From positions 1,440,001 to 1,504,000 of the forward strand of contig OZ240245.1 of the NCBI GenBank assembly GCA_965198175.1: DNA of 64,000 nt. The letters are read 5' to 3'. This stretch comes from Candidatus Poribacteria bacterium. Lineage in GTDB: Bacteria > Poribacteria > WGA-4E > PCPOR2b. Shown here piece after piece: positions 48,344 to 59,408 of this stretch. The notes beneath the pieces were generated by a model. The model had not been told where the DNA came from. It was given only the letters and a program-made list of their open reading frames with translations, and made no database searches. The translations under genes were made by a program, and so were the position numbers. Each line of letters starts with the position of its first letter. Position 1 is the first letter of the stretch.

Positions 48344-48795
48344 TCTGTTTTTTCCCTTTCCGACAAAGTAAATTATACAAGTTCGCGGCTGATTCTCTCA
48401 GGCTTAATGCCTGATATGAATTATTTCCTCCCTTAAAGCGGGAAAACAAGCAAAATCTTAAACAGTACTTGAGCAATCGCATTTATTTTATTCGTTTTTT
48501 GCTTTCCGGTCAACAGAAATATTCCAACGCCGTCGATTTCGTTATCGGGACGAGAAAGCCTCTCCTACGGACATTATCAACACTTACCTGACAGTAAATT
48601 CTCCTTGATATATTTAACGTGCTAGTTTATTATAGCTACTGCTCAGACCTGAGTCTCTGTCCACGGCAAGGGAGAAGCTCACCCATCGCCTTACTTACCT
48701 AAGTTACCTTGGACTTAACTTTCTTGTTGCAGCATCGAACTGCCGAACGCTTGACACTCTGATTGCACGTCACGGCGTGCGTTTTCCGTCTCACA

Positions 48796-51675
48796 ATGTT
48801 TCAGATTAATCATCCTCTCTTTTTCTTACTCCTTATTTCTATCCCGCTTGTCCTAGTAATCAACCGCTACACACGGGTTGAAGCTGCACGGTGGCGGCGA
48901 TCAGCTCTGCTTGTGCTTCGAATCGGAGCATTGGTGTGCCTGATTCTTGCCGCTGTCGGTTTACACCAGAAGAGTCGATCGGACATACTCTCCGTGACGT
49001 TTCTCCTTGACGTATCTGACAGCATTCCGCCTTCGCAGCAAGCGGAGGGAGTAGCTCAGATGAACGCTGTCGTCAGTGCGTTAAACCCTACAGATGAGTT
49101 TAGCGTGATTCGATTTGCAGCCCAAGCTTCAATCGCTCTACCTATGCAACCTCTGTTGTCTGCGCCTGCTTTAACGCCGGAGATTCTATCGGATACAGGC
49201 ATCGACCGTGACGGGACTAATATTGCAAGCGCGATTCAATTGGGCATGGTTAGCTTTCCGGAAGCCCGTCAAACCCGACTCGTCTTACTTAGTGATGGGT
49301 TGCAGAACCTCAATGACGCAAAGGAAATATTGAATTTCGTAGAAGCGAGTGGGACAGAGATTTTCACAATTCCGCTGGAATCTAAACGCGAGCATGAAGT
49401 CTGGGTACGAGATTTACAACTGCCATCACAAACCCGATCCGGGGAAATTATTCCGCTCCGTGCGATTGTCGAAAGTACAGCAGACACCCAAGTTACGGCA
49501 CGGCTGTATCGTAACAACGTCCCAGTTTCACCAGCGCAAGTAGTTAAGCTGGAAGCCGGAAAACAGGTTATCGATAATTTTTTGCCACAGCGCATCATCC
49601 AGACACAGAATCATGTGTATCGTGTCGACATCTCTGCACCCAGTGATTCAATTTCTGAAAACAACACTGCTTACGGTTCTATTCGTGTGCGAGGGCATCC
49701 GAGTGTCCTGTACGTGGAAGGTGAGACAGAATATGCCGTCACGTTAGCGACGGTTCTTGAAAATAACCATTTCTCCGTCAAAGTCATCTCTCCATCCGAG
49801 TTTCCAACCGATCTAGCCCTCTTGCGGAGCTATGACACAGTCATATTGAGCAATGTTTCTGCTGATGAACTTTCCGAATCACATATGGTTCTAATCGAAA
49901 GCTATGTCCGTGATTTGGGGAAAGGGCTGGTCGTAATCGGTGGAGATCGCGCTTTCGGCAGGGGTGGTTATCACGATACACCACTTGAGCGCGCACTGCC
50001 CGTGGATATGACACCTAAGCAGCGGAAAGAATCTGTTGCACTTATGCTCGTGGTTGATGCCTCCGGCAGCATGGAGGACTACGTTGGCGCTGATCAGAAG
50101 ATTCAGTTGGCTGTTGAAGGGGTTCGCGCTGCTGTTCGCGTACTTGATGAAGCGGACCGCGTTGGGCTAATCGGGTTCGCGGCAAAACCGCCGATTAAGA
50201 TGGACATCCTCCCTACGACCAATCACGAACTAATCAGCCGTGAAGTTGGGAAGTTATACCCTGGTGGTGGTACGAGAATGTACCCTGCGCTCGAAAGGGC
50301 GCATGCTGTTCTCAAAGGAATTGATGCGAAGCAGAAACACATCATCCTGCTGTCGGACGGCAAATCGGACGGCAAATCGGACGGAGATTTTATTCCTTTA
50401 GCCAGGCGGATTGCCGCCGATCAGATTGCTGTGACAACAATCGCCATTGGCGATGCCGGTGCACAATTGTTAATGCAAGCGATTGCTAATGAGGGGCAGG
50501 GAAATTACAAATACGTGCGAAACGTGAGTCAATTGCCGAAGGTATTCGTAAACGCCGTGAGACAGACGCAGAAATACACGATACAGCAGCTGTTTCAACC
50601 CATTATCAGCAAGGCAGGAAGTCCAATCTTAGCGGGGATTGACCAGCTTCCGAGGCTCTACGGCTATATTGCGACATCGGAAAAGGAGCAGGCACAGGTT
50701 TACATCCGTTCTCACGAAGAACATCCGATTCTCACTGCATGGAGTTACGGACTCGGCAGAACTGTCGCTTTTACATCCGATGTCAAGCGAGGTTGGGGAG
50801 CTGACTGGATTGAGTGGGAAAATTTTGGGAAGTTCTGGGGTCAAGTGGTCAATTGGGTGTTGCCAGCCATTGATGGATGCGGTGAGTTCGATCTCCACGT
50901 TTCTCATCGCGACGGCAGGGGGCAGGTTGTAATTGATGACTTCGACGCGGCTCGCTCAGTCCGGTATCATGAAGGGAAAGTTGGGGAAAAGGTTAACAAT
51001 ACAGAAGGGTTTGGCGGGCGTGTTGCCCGACCAGGTGGCGGTGGAGAATCGATTGACTTGCAACGTGTCACGCCGACACGGTACGAGGGGAGTTTCCCGA
51101 GTGGAGAGCTCGGAGCCTACCACCTTACCGTGGGTGAAAAACGAAACGGGGAGATTAAAAGTTCGCGGCATGCGAGCCTTGTCGTTTCGTACCCTGCGGA
51201 ATACGCTGAGTTCAAGAGCAATCGGCAGTTGCTAGCTGAAATTTCCAAGCGAACCGACGGAATTTATGAACCGTCGTCAGACCAGATTGCGGAACGTTCT
51301 GGAAAAGGGGTAGAGCACCTGAAGCCGCTATCGGGCGTTATGTTAGGGGCAAGCGTTTTGTTGTTTGTCCTTGAGGTGATGCTCCGCCGCTTAACAGTTG
51401 CAAGCGGCTACCTATCTGAGCTTCGGGCACAGTTGCGTGTACTCCGACGGCGAGAGCACGGTGCGTCGCCACCGGCGCTCGCACGTTTGAGCCAGACAAA
51501 GTCCGTTCTGCGTCAGCCAACTCGAACACGAGCAGTTCAGCAGAGGCTGGTTCGGGCAGATGCTGTTTCAACGGGACAGACATTTGCAAACGTGAGTGTG
51601 CAGCCGCAGATTGGAGACGGAACGGGACGTTTGCTGGCAGTCAAAAGGCGTGCCAGATCGGGTAGAGTAAGGTAA
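48796..51675 (+). CDS. Membrane-anchored dual VWA plus GATase1-like (DUF1355-like) protein
   Basis: MIDAS motifs DVSDS and DASGS; LLSDG; GLVVIGG...GGYHDTPLERALPV; HPILTAWSYGLGR. Confidence 0.82.
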   Translation: MFQINHPLFFLLLISIPLVLVINRYTRVEAARWRRSALLVLRIGALVCLILAAVGLHQKSRSDILSVTFLLDVSDSIPPSQQAEGVAQMNAVVSALNPTDEFSVIRFAAQASIALPMQPLLSAPALTPEILSDTGIDRDGTNIASAIQLGMVSFPEARQTRLVLLSDGLQNLNDAKEILNFVEASGTEIFTIPLESKREHEVWVRDLQLPSQTRSGEIIPLRAIVESTADTQVTARLYRNNVPVSPAQVVKLEAGKQVIDNFLPQRIIQTQNHVYRVDISAPSDSISENNTAYGSIRVRGHPSVLYVEGETEYAVTLATVLENNHFSVKVISPSEFPTDLALLRSYDTVILSNVSADELSESHMVLIESYVRDLGKGLVVIGGDRAFGRGGYHDTPLERALPVDMTPKQRKESVALMLVVDASGSMEDYVGADQKIQLAVEGVRAAVRVLDEADRVGLIGFAAKPPIKMDILPTTNHELISREVGKLYPGGGTRMYPALERAHAVLKGIDAKQKHIILLSDGKSDGKSDGDFIPLARRIAADQIAVTTIAIGDAGAQLLMQAIANEGQGNYKYVRNVSQLPKVFVNAVRQTQKYTIQQLFQPIISKAGSPILAGIDQLPRLYGYIATSEKEQAQVYIRSHEEHPILTAWSYGLGRTVAFTSDVKRGWGADWIEWENFGKFWGQVVNWVLPAIDGCGEFDLHVSHRDGRGQVVIDDFDAARSVRYHEGKVGEKVNNTEGFGGRVARPGGGGESIDLQRVTPTRYEGSFPSGELGAYHLTVGEKRNGEIKSSRHASLVVSYPAEYAEFKSNRQLLAEISKRTDGIYEPSSDQIAERSGKGVEHLKPLSGVMLGASVLLFVLEVMLRRLTVASGYLSELRAQLRVLRRREHGASPPALARLSQTKSVLRQPTRTRAVQQRLVRADAVSTGQTFANVSVQPQIGDGTGRLLAVKRRARSGRVR

Positions 51676-51742
51676 CATGTTTGTCCACAACTTTGATAAC
51701 TTGGATTAGGAGGTATGAACTCTCTGCATTTAAAACCTTGTC

Positions 51743-53131
51743 ATGTCTGATCGTTTTGTCCAACGCGTATATAACTTTATCTTAGAACACCACATGATTA
51801 AACCAGAGGAACTTGTACTTGTGGGAGTCTCCGGTGGAGTGGATTCACTCGCTCTTCTCTATTGCTTGCACGCATTACGGCACCAGTTCAACTGTTCTCT
51901 CTATGTTGCGCATTTAGACCATGGCATTCGTCCAGATTCGGCTGCGGATGCCGAGTTTGTCCGTAAACAGGCCCACCAACTGAATTTACCAATCTCCGTT
52001 GAAAGGATTGACGTGCCGCAACTGATAAGGCATCACAAACTCTCAGCGGAGACGGCAGCTCGGAACGCACGGTATTGCTATTATGAAAGCGTTTCTAAAC
52101 GAGTTGGCGCAACGAAGGTTGCCTTGGGACATCATCGTGGCGATCAGGCGGAAACCGTCCTGATGCACTTGTTGCGCGGCGCGGGATCGACTGGATTAAA
52201 AGGCATGCTTCCGGTTCGAGACGGAAAATTCATCCGCCCCTTGCTCAATTTCTCAAGGCGGGAGATTGAAGGGTTCATAACGGAACTCGGCTTGCAACCA
52301 CGGAAGGATTCGACAAACCGTGAATCCAATTGCCTTCGTAATCGCATCCGTTTAGAGTTGATTCCACTGTTAGAACAATCGTACAATCCGAATCTCCAAA
52401 GTACATTAAACCAAACTGCTGAGTTGCTGCGCGTCGAATCAGATTACTTAGAGGAGATTGCTCGTGAAGCTATTGAAGAATGTCGTGTGAAATCCGATGC
52501 AGCTGATGAGGTTGTGTTGGATCGGCAAGCCTTCCTTCAACATCATCTTGCCGTGCGTCAACGCATCTTGCGTTGCGCCGTCGGGGAAATATCTGGTGAG
52601 ATAAGGAGTTTCTATTTTAATCACTTTGCGGGGATGTTAAAATTGATAGAGGGGGGATCGCCCAACGCATCGTTGAATTTACCCGACAATCTGCGGCTGC
52701 AACGCGCATATAATCAGCTAATTTTTCACAAATCGGTAACTGTTCCTGCCAAGTTTGAATACGAAATTGCTGCGCCGGGTTCTACGAACCTTCCGTTGTT
52801 AAACGCACGGATGGTTGCCACCGTTGAGGTGTCCCAACCCGCGAGGTTGCCTGACGGCAGATTTCAAGCGGTTTTCGATTTTCTCCAATTTCCTCTTAAA
52901 ATTCGCAACCGACGGGACGGCGATCGATTTCAACCGTTTGGGATGAAAGGCAGCAAAAAGGTTAAAGATTTTCTCATTGATTCGAAAGTTCCTCGCCATG
53001 AACGAGATCGAGTTCCAATTCTCGTGAGTGGTGATGAAATCGTGTGGGTTGTAGGATATCGGACGAGTGAGCGGTTCAAGGTCAGAAGCGAGACAAATCG
53101 TTGCCTCTCTCTGGCTTATGTGCCTTATTAG
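51743..53131 (+). CDS. tilS: tRNA(Ile)-lysidine synthase
   Basis: SGGVDS PP-loop, HHRGDQAET, IRPLL, RNRIR and the TilS C-terminal domain. Confidence 0.96.
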   Translation: MSDRFVQRVYNFILEHHMIKPEELVLVGVSGGVDSLALLYCLHALRHQFNCSLYVAHLDHGIRPDSAADAEFVRKQAHQLNLPISVERIDVPQLIRHHKLSAETAARNARYCYYESVSKRVGATKVALGHHRGDQAETVLMHLLRGAGSTGLKGMLPVRDGKFIRPLLNFSRREIEGFITELGLQPRKDSTNRESNCLRNRIRLELIPLLEQSYNPNLQSTLNQTAELLRVESDYLEEIAREAIEECRVKSDAADEVVLDRQAFLQHHLAVRQRILRCAVGEISGEIRSFYFNHFAGMLKLIEGGSPNASLNLPDNLRLQRAYNQLIFHKSVTVPAKFEYEIAAPGSTNLPLLNARMVATVEVSQPARLPDGRFQAVFDFLQFPLKIRNRRDGDRFQPFGMKGSKKVKDFLIDSKVPRHERDRVPILVSGDEIVWVVGYRTSERFKVRSETNRCLSLAYVPY

Positions 53132-53207
53132 GGATACGCAGATTAAGTAGATGTCTGCACCAGGAGCCACTAAAACGCATATGCACGAACAAGGATAGCC
53201 AACAGCG

Positions 53208-53774
53208 ATGAAATCCCAGACTCAATCGATTCTAATAACGGAATCACAAATTGGACAGCGAGTTCGTGAATTGGGGAGGGAAATCTCCGAAGATTACACA
53301 AATTGCGACCTTGTACTTCTCGGCGTGCTCAAAGGCGGCGTCGTGTTCCTGACAGACCTCATGCGCGCGATTTCTATCCCCGTTCGCTGTGAATTTGTCC
53401 AAATAGCGAGTTATGGTGCTAGGAGTGTCTCGTCAGGGAATGTTCAAGTCATCCACAACATAAAGGGCGATCTCCGCTCCGCAGATGTTCTCGTCGTAGA
53501 GGACATCGTTGATACCGGACACTCCTTGAACTTTCTTATGAATTATGTTAGTACGCTGCAACCTGCGAGCGTAAAGGTGTGCAGTTTACTCGATAAGCCT
53601 GTGCGGCGAGCGGTGCCAATTACAATCGACTATGTCGGTTTTGAAATCGCTGATGTTTTTGTAATCGGATACGGTTTGGATTACAACCAGCAATATCGTA
53701 ATCTTCCGTATGTCGCTGTGTTCAATGATTCAGAATCAAGCGGCCAAACAGCTCATTGCCAACCATCTCTTTGA
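53208..53774 (+). CDS. hpt: Hypoxanthine phosphoribosyltransferase
   Basis: VLVVEDIVDTG, LLDK, FVIGYGLDY and YRNLPY. Confidence 0.96.
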   Translation: MKSQTQSILITESQIGQRVRELGREISEDYTNCDLVLLGVLKGGVVFLTDLMRAISIPVRCEFVQIASYGARSVSSGNVQVIHNIKGDLRSADVLVVEDIVDTGHSLNFLMNYVSTLQPASVKVCSLLDKPVRRAVPITIDYVGFEIADVFVIGYGLDYNQQYRNLPYVAVFNDSESSGQTAHCQPSL

Positions 53775-53818
53775 AGATCACAGCGTTGTGAATTAGTCGC
53801 AATTGGAGCCGTTTTTCG

Positions 53819-53847
53819 TTGACAGCGCATGAACCTGCTGATATGAT
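53819..53847 (+). promoter_or_regulatory. Sigma70-type promoter of the cytochrome gene
   Basis: TTGACA, 17-bp spacer, TATGAT. Confidence 0.65.
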
Positions 53848-53904
53848 AAAGTATTGACCGGCAAGTTGTTTTCAAAACTTCAAATTCATCAAAAGGAGAT
53901 GCTT

Positions 53905-54675
53905 ATGCGTAAAGTTGTTGGTGTTGGCTTAATTTCAATCTTGATTCTCTCGCTCGCAGCGTGGGCAAACGCAGAGATGTCCGAAAAAGCCAGGTTGGGT
54001 CGTGAACTCTTCTATGATCCATCATTCGGTGGAACGCTCGAACCCAAAAAAATTAGTGGACTCGCCTGTGCAAATTGCCACACTGATTTTGATGAAGAAG
54101 CAAATCCTGACGGAAAAATACGGGCGGGACACAGCATCATTGGTGTGCCGCAACGCGGTGAGGCAAAAGGTGGCATGATTAAGGGAGATATGTTCCGACG
54201 TGCTGCCGGCGGCGGTGGCTTCTGTTATCAGCATTTCTTACAGCGCATCCCCAGCGACAAGGTAGATCCTACTGCCATCCCAGAGGAACAAGCGGAAGCC
54301 TTGATGGCTTATTTTGAGCATGTTTCCGGAGATAACAAGGGGCCCCAATTCGAAATCCAAATGCTTGATAAAGAAGCGGCGGCGGAGGCGGCTGAAAAGA
54401 TCCTCGCGATGAAGGGTGACCCGAAGAAGGGATGGGTGCTTTTCAGCAGAGCCTGTAACGATTGCCATCCAACGGCTAAAAAAGCCGGGATTGGTACGCA
54501 GCTTGTCCGACCAAGACCACCTTCCAACATGAAAAAATGGGAGCACAATATCGCTGCTAAGGTTCGCGGCGGCGGCTATATTATGCCATTCTACGGTGAA
54601 GATCGATTGTCTGATCAAGACATTTCTGACATCGTGGCGTTTCTCGGGAAATTAGTCACTGAAAAGAAAAGATAA
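53905..54675 (+). CDS. Periplasmic diheme cytochrome c (TsdA/SoxA-like architecture)
   Basis: Signal peptide; CANCH and CNDCH; extra Cys in FCYQHF; distal MP motif. Confidence 0.8.
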   Translation: MRKVVGVGLISILILSLAAWANAEMSEKARLGRELFYDPSFGGTLEPKKISGLACANCHTDFDEEANPDGKIRAGHSIIGVPQRGEAKGGMIKGDMFRRAAGGGGFCYQHFLQRIPSDKVDPTAIPEEQAEALMAYFEHVSGDNKGPQFEIQMLDKEAAAEAAEKILAMKGDPKKGWVLFSRACNDCHPTAKKAGIGTQLVRPRPPSNMKKWEHNIAAKVRGGGYIMPFYGEDRLSDQDISDIVAFLGKLVTEKKR

Positions 54676-54878
54676 GCGCAGTAATCCGCTTCACTACATG
54701 GTGTTCTACGATGTGAGGTTCACTTAGATGTCAAGCGGACCTGGAAATCTGTTAAGTTCCCACCCGGTTTTATTTCCCCCGCAATTCAAGATAGGAACAG
54801 TTAGACCTAGCAGCATTGTGTAGCTGCATCCTTGTCAACTCCATACGCTGTGGAAACGGTGCAACGGTTGTCACCGGT

Positions 54879-55805
54879 TCAATAGCCAAGCAGATTGATG
54901 CCTTCCTGATAGGTGTGAGCGGATGTGTGCAACGCCTGAAGTTCGTCGTCAGTCAGTTCAATTTCGATGATTTCCTCAACGCCGCCTGCACCTAATTTAA
55001 CTGGAACACCGATATACAGGTCGTTGATGCCGTACTGCCCGGTGAGATGAGTCGAGCAGGCTAGGATGCGCTTTTTGTCTCGGATAATCGCCTCTGCCAT
55101 TTGGGCGAGGGACGCGCCAGCCGCATAGTAACCGCTCGTTTTGAGGAGCTGGACTACCTCAGCACCGCCATCGCGCGTCCGTTGCGCAAGGGCTTCAATC
55201 CGATCTGCAGACATTAGCTGAGTGATTGGAATCCCCGCAACCGTCGTATAACGTGGTAGGGGTACCATTGTGTCGCCATGTCCTCCCAGTACAAATCCAG
55301 AAACATCTTCGACAGAAACGCCAAGTTCGATTGAAATGAAATAATGAAATCGTGCTGAATCGAGCACGCCCGCCTGCCCAACGACACGGTTGGATGGGAA
55401 GCCGGAAACCTTCCACGCATGATAAGTCATGATGTCCAATGGGTTCGTCAATATTATAATAGTGCAGTCGGGGGAATGCTTAACCGTGTTTTCCGTCGCG
55501 ATTTTAACGATGTTCGCGTTAATATGCAAAAGATCTTCGCGGCTCATCCCCGGCTTACGGGGCGAACCAGATGTAATGATGACGAGATCTGAACCCGCGG
55601 TCGGTTCATAATCCAACGATCCCGTTACGTTGGCATCAAAATTTTCAACAGGAGAGGCTTCTGACATGTCCAAGCCTTTTCCCTGTGGTAGCCCGTCAAC
55701 GATATCGACCATGACGACATCGCCAAGTTCCTTCTGGGCGATGAGAAATGCTGCTGTTGCTCCAACATTTCCCGCGCCAATGACACTGATTTTTTTTCTA
55801 GACAT
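54879..55805 (-). CDS. mdh: Malate dehydrogenase (LDH-like)
   Basis: GAGNVG, PRKPGMSREDLL, LDSARF and GGHGDTMVP. Confidence 0.96.
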   Translation of the reverse strand: MSRKKISVIGAGNVGATAAFLIAQKELGDVVMVDIVDGLPQGKGLDMSEASPVENFDANVTGSLDYEPTAGSDLVIITSGSPRKPGMSREDLLHINANIVKIATENTVKHSPDCTIIILTNPLDIMTYHAWKVSGFPSNRVVGQAGVLDSARFHYFISIELGVSVEDVSGFVLGGHGDTMVPLPRYTTVAGIPITQLMSADRIEALAQRTRDGGAEVVQLLKTSGYYAAGASLAQMAEAIIRDKKRILACSTHLTGQYGINDLYIGVPVKLGAGGVEEIIEIELTDDELQALHTSAHTYQEGINLLGY

Positions 55806-55991
55806 TGGTTTCTCCTCTATTCTGAGACATGCCTATACAGCCCACGTACCCATAAAAACTCAATCAGCTGAGTGTACACCTAGCACACTGTCAGATAGTT
55901 TAGAACAGTTGTGTTATTCCACTGTCGGAGGCACATCCGTGTCTCGATAATCGTGGCTGGGACGCGCTTTCTACAGATATTGTCGATTGTA

Positions 55992-57242
55992 CTAATTCGA
56001 AAAATTCTCGATTATCGCGGATGCGAACGCAGATGTGCGAATTGATGTTGCCCCTTCCATCAAACGAGCGAGGTCATAAGTCACGCGCTTTTGGATGATT
56101 GTCTTTTCAATCCCCTGAATAACGAGATCTGCAGCTTCTTGCCAACCGATGTGCTCAAGCATCATCGCTGCGGACAAGATGAGTGAAGTCGGATTCACGA
56201 CATCTTGATCCGTGTACTTGGGTGCAGTTCCGTGCGTTGCTTCAAAAAGCGTGGTCTCAGTACCGATATTGCCGCCCGGCGCCATACCAATGCCGCCAAC
56301 TTGGGCTGCACAAGCATCAGAGAGGTAATCCCCATTCAGATTCGGCGTAGCAATGACATCGTACTCATTGGTCCGCGTCAGAATCTGTTGTAGCATGCTA
56401 TCCGCAATTCGATCTTTAATAACAACCTTTCCTTCAGGGGCTTGTCCGTTGTATTGGCTGTAGACCTCATCTTCTGTGATTGTTTCATCCGCAAACTCTT
56501 CACTAGCGACTTCGTACCCCCAATCCCGAAAAGCACCTTCGGTGAATTTCATGATGTTACCTTTGTGAACAAAAGTGACGCTGCGGCGGTTGTGTTCGAT
56601 TGCATATTGAATCGCTTTTCGCGTCAGACGCTTCGTTCCGAAAATGCTGATCGGCTTAATTCCAATGCCCGAATCCGCACGAACCTCTGTGTCCATCTGC
56701 GTTCGGAGAAATTCAATCGCTTTCCTTGCTTCCGGGGTTCCTTGTGCCCACTCAATCCCAGCGTAGACATCTTCTGTATTCTCACGAAAGATGACGACAT
56801 CCATTTTTTCAGGGTGAGTTACAGGTGCGGGAACACCTTGAAAATAGCGCACCGGGCGAACACACGCATACAAATCCAACTCTTGACGGAGCGTCACATT
56901 TAAACTCCGAAAACCACCACCGACTGGTGTTGTGAGCGGTCCCTTCAAGGCAACTCGGAAAAACTCGATCGCTTTGAAGGTATCCGTGGGCAACCATTCC
57001 CCGTATTTCTCATTGGCAATCTCGCCAGCGTAAACATCAAACCATACAATCCGTCTATCGCTACCATAAGATACTTCCACGGCAGCATCAATGACCCGGC
57101 GTGTGGCTTTCATGATATCTCGACCAATACCATCCCCTTCAATTACGGGGGTGATTGGAAAATTGGGTACGACGAACCTGCCATTTTCTTTTTCGATTCT
57201 CTCACCTACTGTCGGTGGTGTGAGTTTATCAAATTCGATCAC
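55992..57242 (-). CDS. icd: Isocitrate dehydrogenase (NADP, E. coli type)
   Basis: [40 protein letters not shown] and [11 protein letters not shown]. Confidence 0.97.
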   Translation of the reverse strand: MIEFDKLTPPTVGERIEKENGRFVVPNFPITPVIEGDGIGRDIMKATRRVIDAAVEVSYGSDRRIVWFDVYAGEIANEKYGEWLPTDTFKAIEFFRVALKGPLTTPVGGGFRSLNVTLRQELDLYACVRPVRYFQGVPAPVTHPEKMDVVIFRENTEDVYAGIEWAQGTPEARKAIEFLRTQMDTEVRADSGIGIKPISIFGTKRLTRKAIQYAIEHNRRSVTFVHKGNIMKFTEGAFRDWGYEVASEEFADETITEDEVYSQYNGQAPEGKVVIKDRIADSMLQQILTRTNEYDVIATPNLNGDYLSDACAAQVGGIGMAPGGNIGTETTLFEATHGTAPKYTDQDVVNPTSLILSAAMMLEHIGWQEAADLVIQGIEKTIIQKRVTYDLARLMEGATSIRTSAFASAIIENFSN

Positions 57243-57340
57243 TTTTCCTCCTCATCTATTGTGTTTATGGCCTTAGATAAATATTAAACTGAAAAACTCC
57301 CCTTTCCACTAAAAGTTCCGGTTCTTATGAGAGATGATTA

Positions 57341-58918
57341 TCATTGCGCCGCAAACGCATCTCGATGAGCAAGCCGGTTATGTATAGCGACAACCACATC
57401 GGGCACAGTCGTGTCTTCGCCGCGTGCGGGAATAACGCTAGGGTCCGGCGGGATAACGGGTCGAATAATTCTCTGCTGCAATTGTTCTCTGGCATCCATA
57501 ATCCAGCCAAACCCCCTAAATATGTAGGTCAGGAGTGTCCTGTCTTCTTCCTCAATTCCCATACCTTCCTGGACAGACCACCCGCCGAAATCGGTGTTTG
57601 GCGTTAGGCGGAGCGGCGGACTGTTTTCCTTCCCCGGCTTAATCACACCTTCGACGAAAGCAATTTGATAAATCCGTTGAACCATATTGAGTCTTTCTCT
57701 CTGGTTAGCGTTCAGTTCAATCTCTCCGCTATCTATAGCATGGAAAAAGGTTTCAAGGTAGATTGCTGCTCTTGGATCCTGCTGGATTTCGTTAGATCTA
57801 CCTGCCGCGGCGATTTCCGGGTGGCCGAACGTAGGCAATCCACCGCCTAGCAATCTGGTCTTGATGATTCCTTCGCGTTCTTCCGGGGGAGTTTGTTCAA
57901 GTTCGTTAATGAAATGGGTCATGTCGTGAATGGCGCCAAAATGTCGGGCGCCATCGAGGGTTATATGGGCTGCACTCAAAAAATCGGAAACATGCTCTGT
58001 ATGTAACGTTGTAGCGTATCGGGCAACCATGTTGGATCCGGCAGAGCCGTGATGCGTTTGTATCAGACCCATCTTCTCTAAGATTGCGCTTTCAGTATCA
58101 TTGGCATGATGTCCGATGAGCAGGCTATAAGCCGCTTGAAATGCGGTTTTGCCAGAATCCGCCATTGTGCTAATGAAATCGTCGGTTTGCCGTGCCAGTC
58201 CTTTCGAAGCTAGATCCGGAGTTTGTCTCAGAATACGACGCATATAGACAGAAATCGCCCCTATCGCAACATTTTCCATATGTGTGCCGATCATCTCGAC
58301 CAGCAGTGCGTTGGGATGTCGCTCATCGTCCACTCCCCGGTCCGGCATTTGGTTTTTCGTGTAATGTGCTTTCCGAAGCGTCGAAAAATGTTGAATGACT
58401 ACCTCGGGACCTGAGTTTGGAAATTTTCTCGCAAATTCCGAAACCTGATTTATCAACGGACTCCGACCCGCAACGCTATCTCGGATTATCCTGATCGATC
58501 TATAGAACTTGCGATTGAATAATGTTTGAAGCATCGCTTCTTCATCCAAACCATCCTCAGTTTTCTCCGGTTTTCGACCGAACAATCCAACGAAAATCAG
58601 GTGGGCGGGGCTGATGCTCCCGGCGACAATTTCACCTTCCTGAAGGACGCCGCGAATTCCGAAGCTCCGGATATTCAATATCATTTCCGATCCATCACAG
58701 TCAACAGGTGCCTGGTATAAAACCGGATTTGCGAACACCATAGTTGATTGCGGCATTGAGCCAAAATTCTTGAGACTTCCACCAATTTCCTGTTCGCCCA
58801 ATTGTGTCGCTTTTTGCATCGCATCCGTCACAGGACCATACGCAGAGGGCTTAGGATTCTCTGAAAGCGTCCTCCGTATTGATGCCGCCGATTTCGTCCA
58901 TAAGCTATGTTCTGCCAT
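57341..58918 (-). CDS. Highly divergent citrate synthase-family protein
   Basis: GARHFGA, TFGHP, DPRA and PNTDF match GPLHGGA, GFGHR, DPRA and PNVDF; lies upstream of icd-mdh. Confidence 0.72.
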   Translation of the reverse strand: MAEHSLWTKSAASIRRTLSENPKPSAYGPVTDAMQKATQLGEQEIGGSLKNFGSMPQSTMVFANPVLYQAPVDCDGSEMILNIRSFGIRGVLQEGEIVAGSISPAHLIFVGLFGRKPEKTEDGLDEEAMLQTLFNRKFYRSIRIIRDSVAGRSPLINQVSEFARKFPNSGPEVVIQHFSTLRKAHYTKNQMPDRGVDDERHPNALLVEMIGTHMENVAIGAISVYMRRILRQTPDLASKGLARQTDDFISTMADSGKTAFQAAYSLLIGHHANDTESAILEKMGLIQTHHGSAGSNMVARYATTLHTEHVSDFLSAAHITLDGARHFGAIHDMTHFINELEQTPPEEREGIIKTRLLGGGLPTFGHPEIAAAGRSNEIQQDPRAAIYLETFFHAIDSGEIELNANQRERLNMVQRIYQIAFVEGVIKPGKENSPPLRLTPNTDFGGWSVQEGMGIEEEDRTLLTYIFRGFGWIMDAREQLQQRIIRPVIPPDPSVIPARGEDTTVPDVVVAIHNRLAHRDAFAAQ

Positions 58919-59408
58919 AAAGAATCTCCTTAAAGCCTCATTCAAGTTGAATGGGTGTGATACTCCTGTCGATGTCCGAGATTGCTAAACCCGTACTTGC
59001 AAAGAAGGTGCAGAAGAACCTTCGCTCATTTAAAGAATCAAACCGTTTCAATAACTCTTAGGTGTACTATCCCATATTCCATACCTGTTATGATGCCTTT
59101 CGGATTTTCGACGTGGATCCGCTGCACAAAAGGATTCGTCTGTAGGAAAGGAAAAGAGAGAAAGGGCATAGTGGAAAATGAAAATCACTAGAGGTCATTC
59201 ACTGTCCCCTGCCCAAGTCGCTTAATGCAGGTCGAGTGCAAGTCGAAGGGAATAATACAAAAGTCTGCAATTTGGAGTGTGAAACGATTGAAAAATTGGG
59301 AAAAAAGGACTGGTGGAATCAGGTTGATCGTACTTTCGGAATGTCAATCCCTTATCCCAATGCTAACCCCATAGCCTGAAGTATTCCAGCGTCCTTAGGA
59401 TCAATTGT

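Noticed and set aside
54690..54706. Exact 17-mer TTCACTACATGGTGTTC also present at 63760-63776 in gltB (possible antisense pairing)
   Set aside because: A single 17-mer match within 64 kb is plausible by chance, and the flanks do not extend it.
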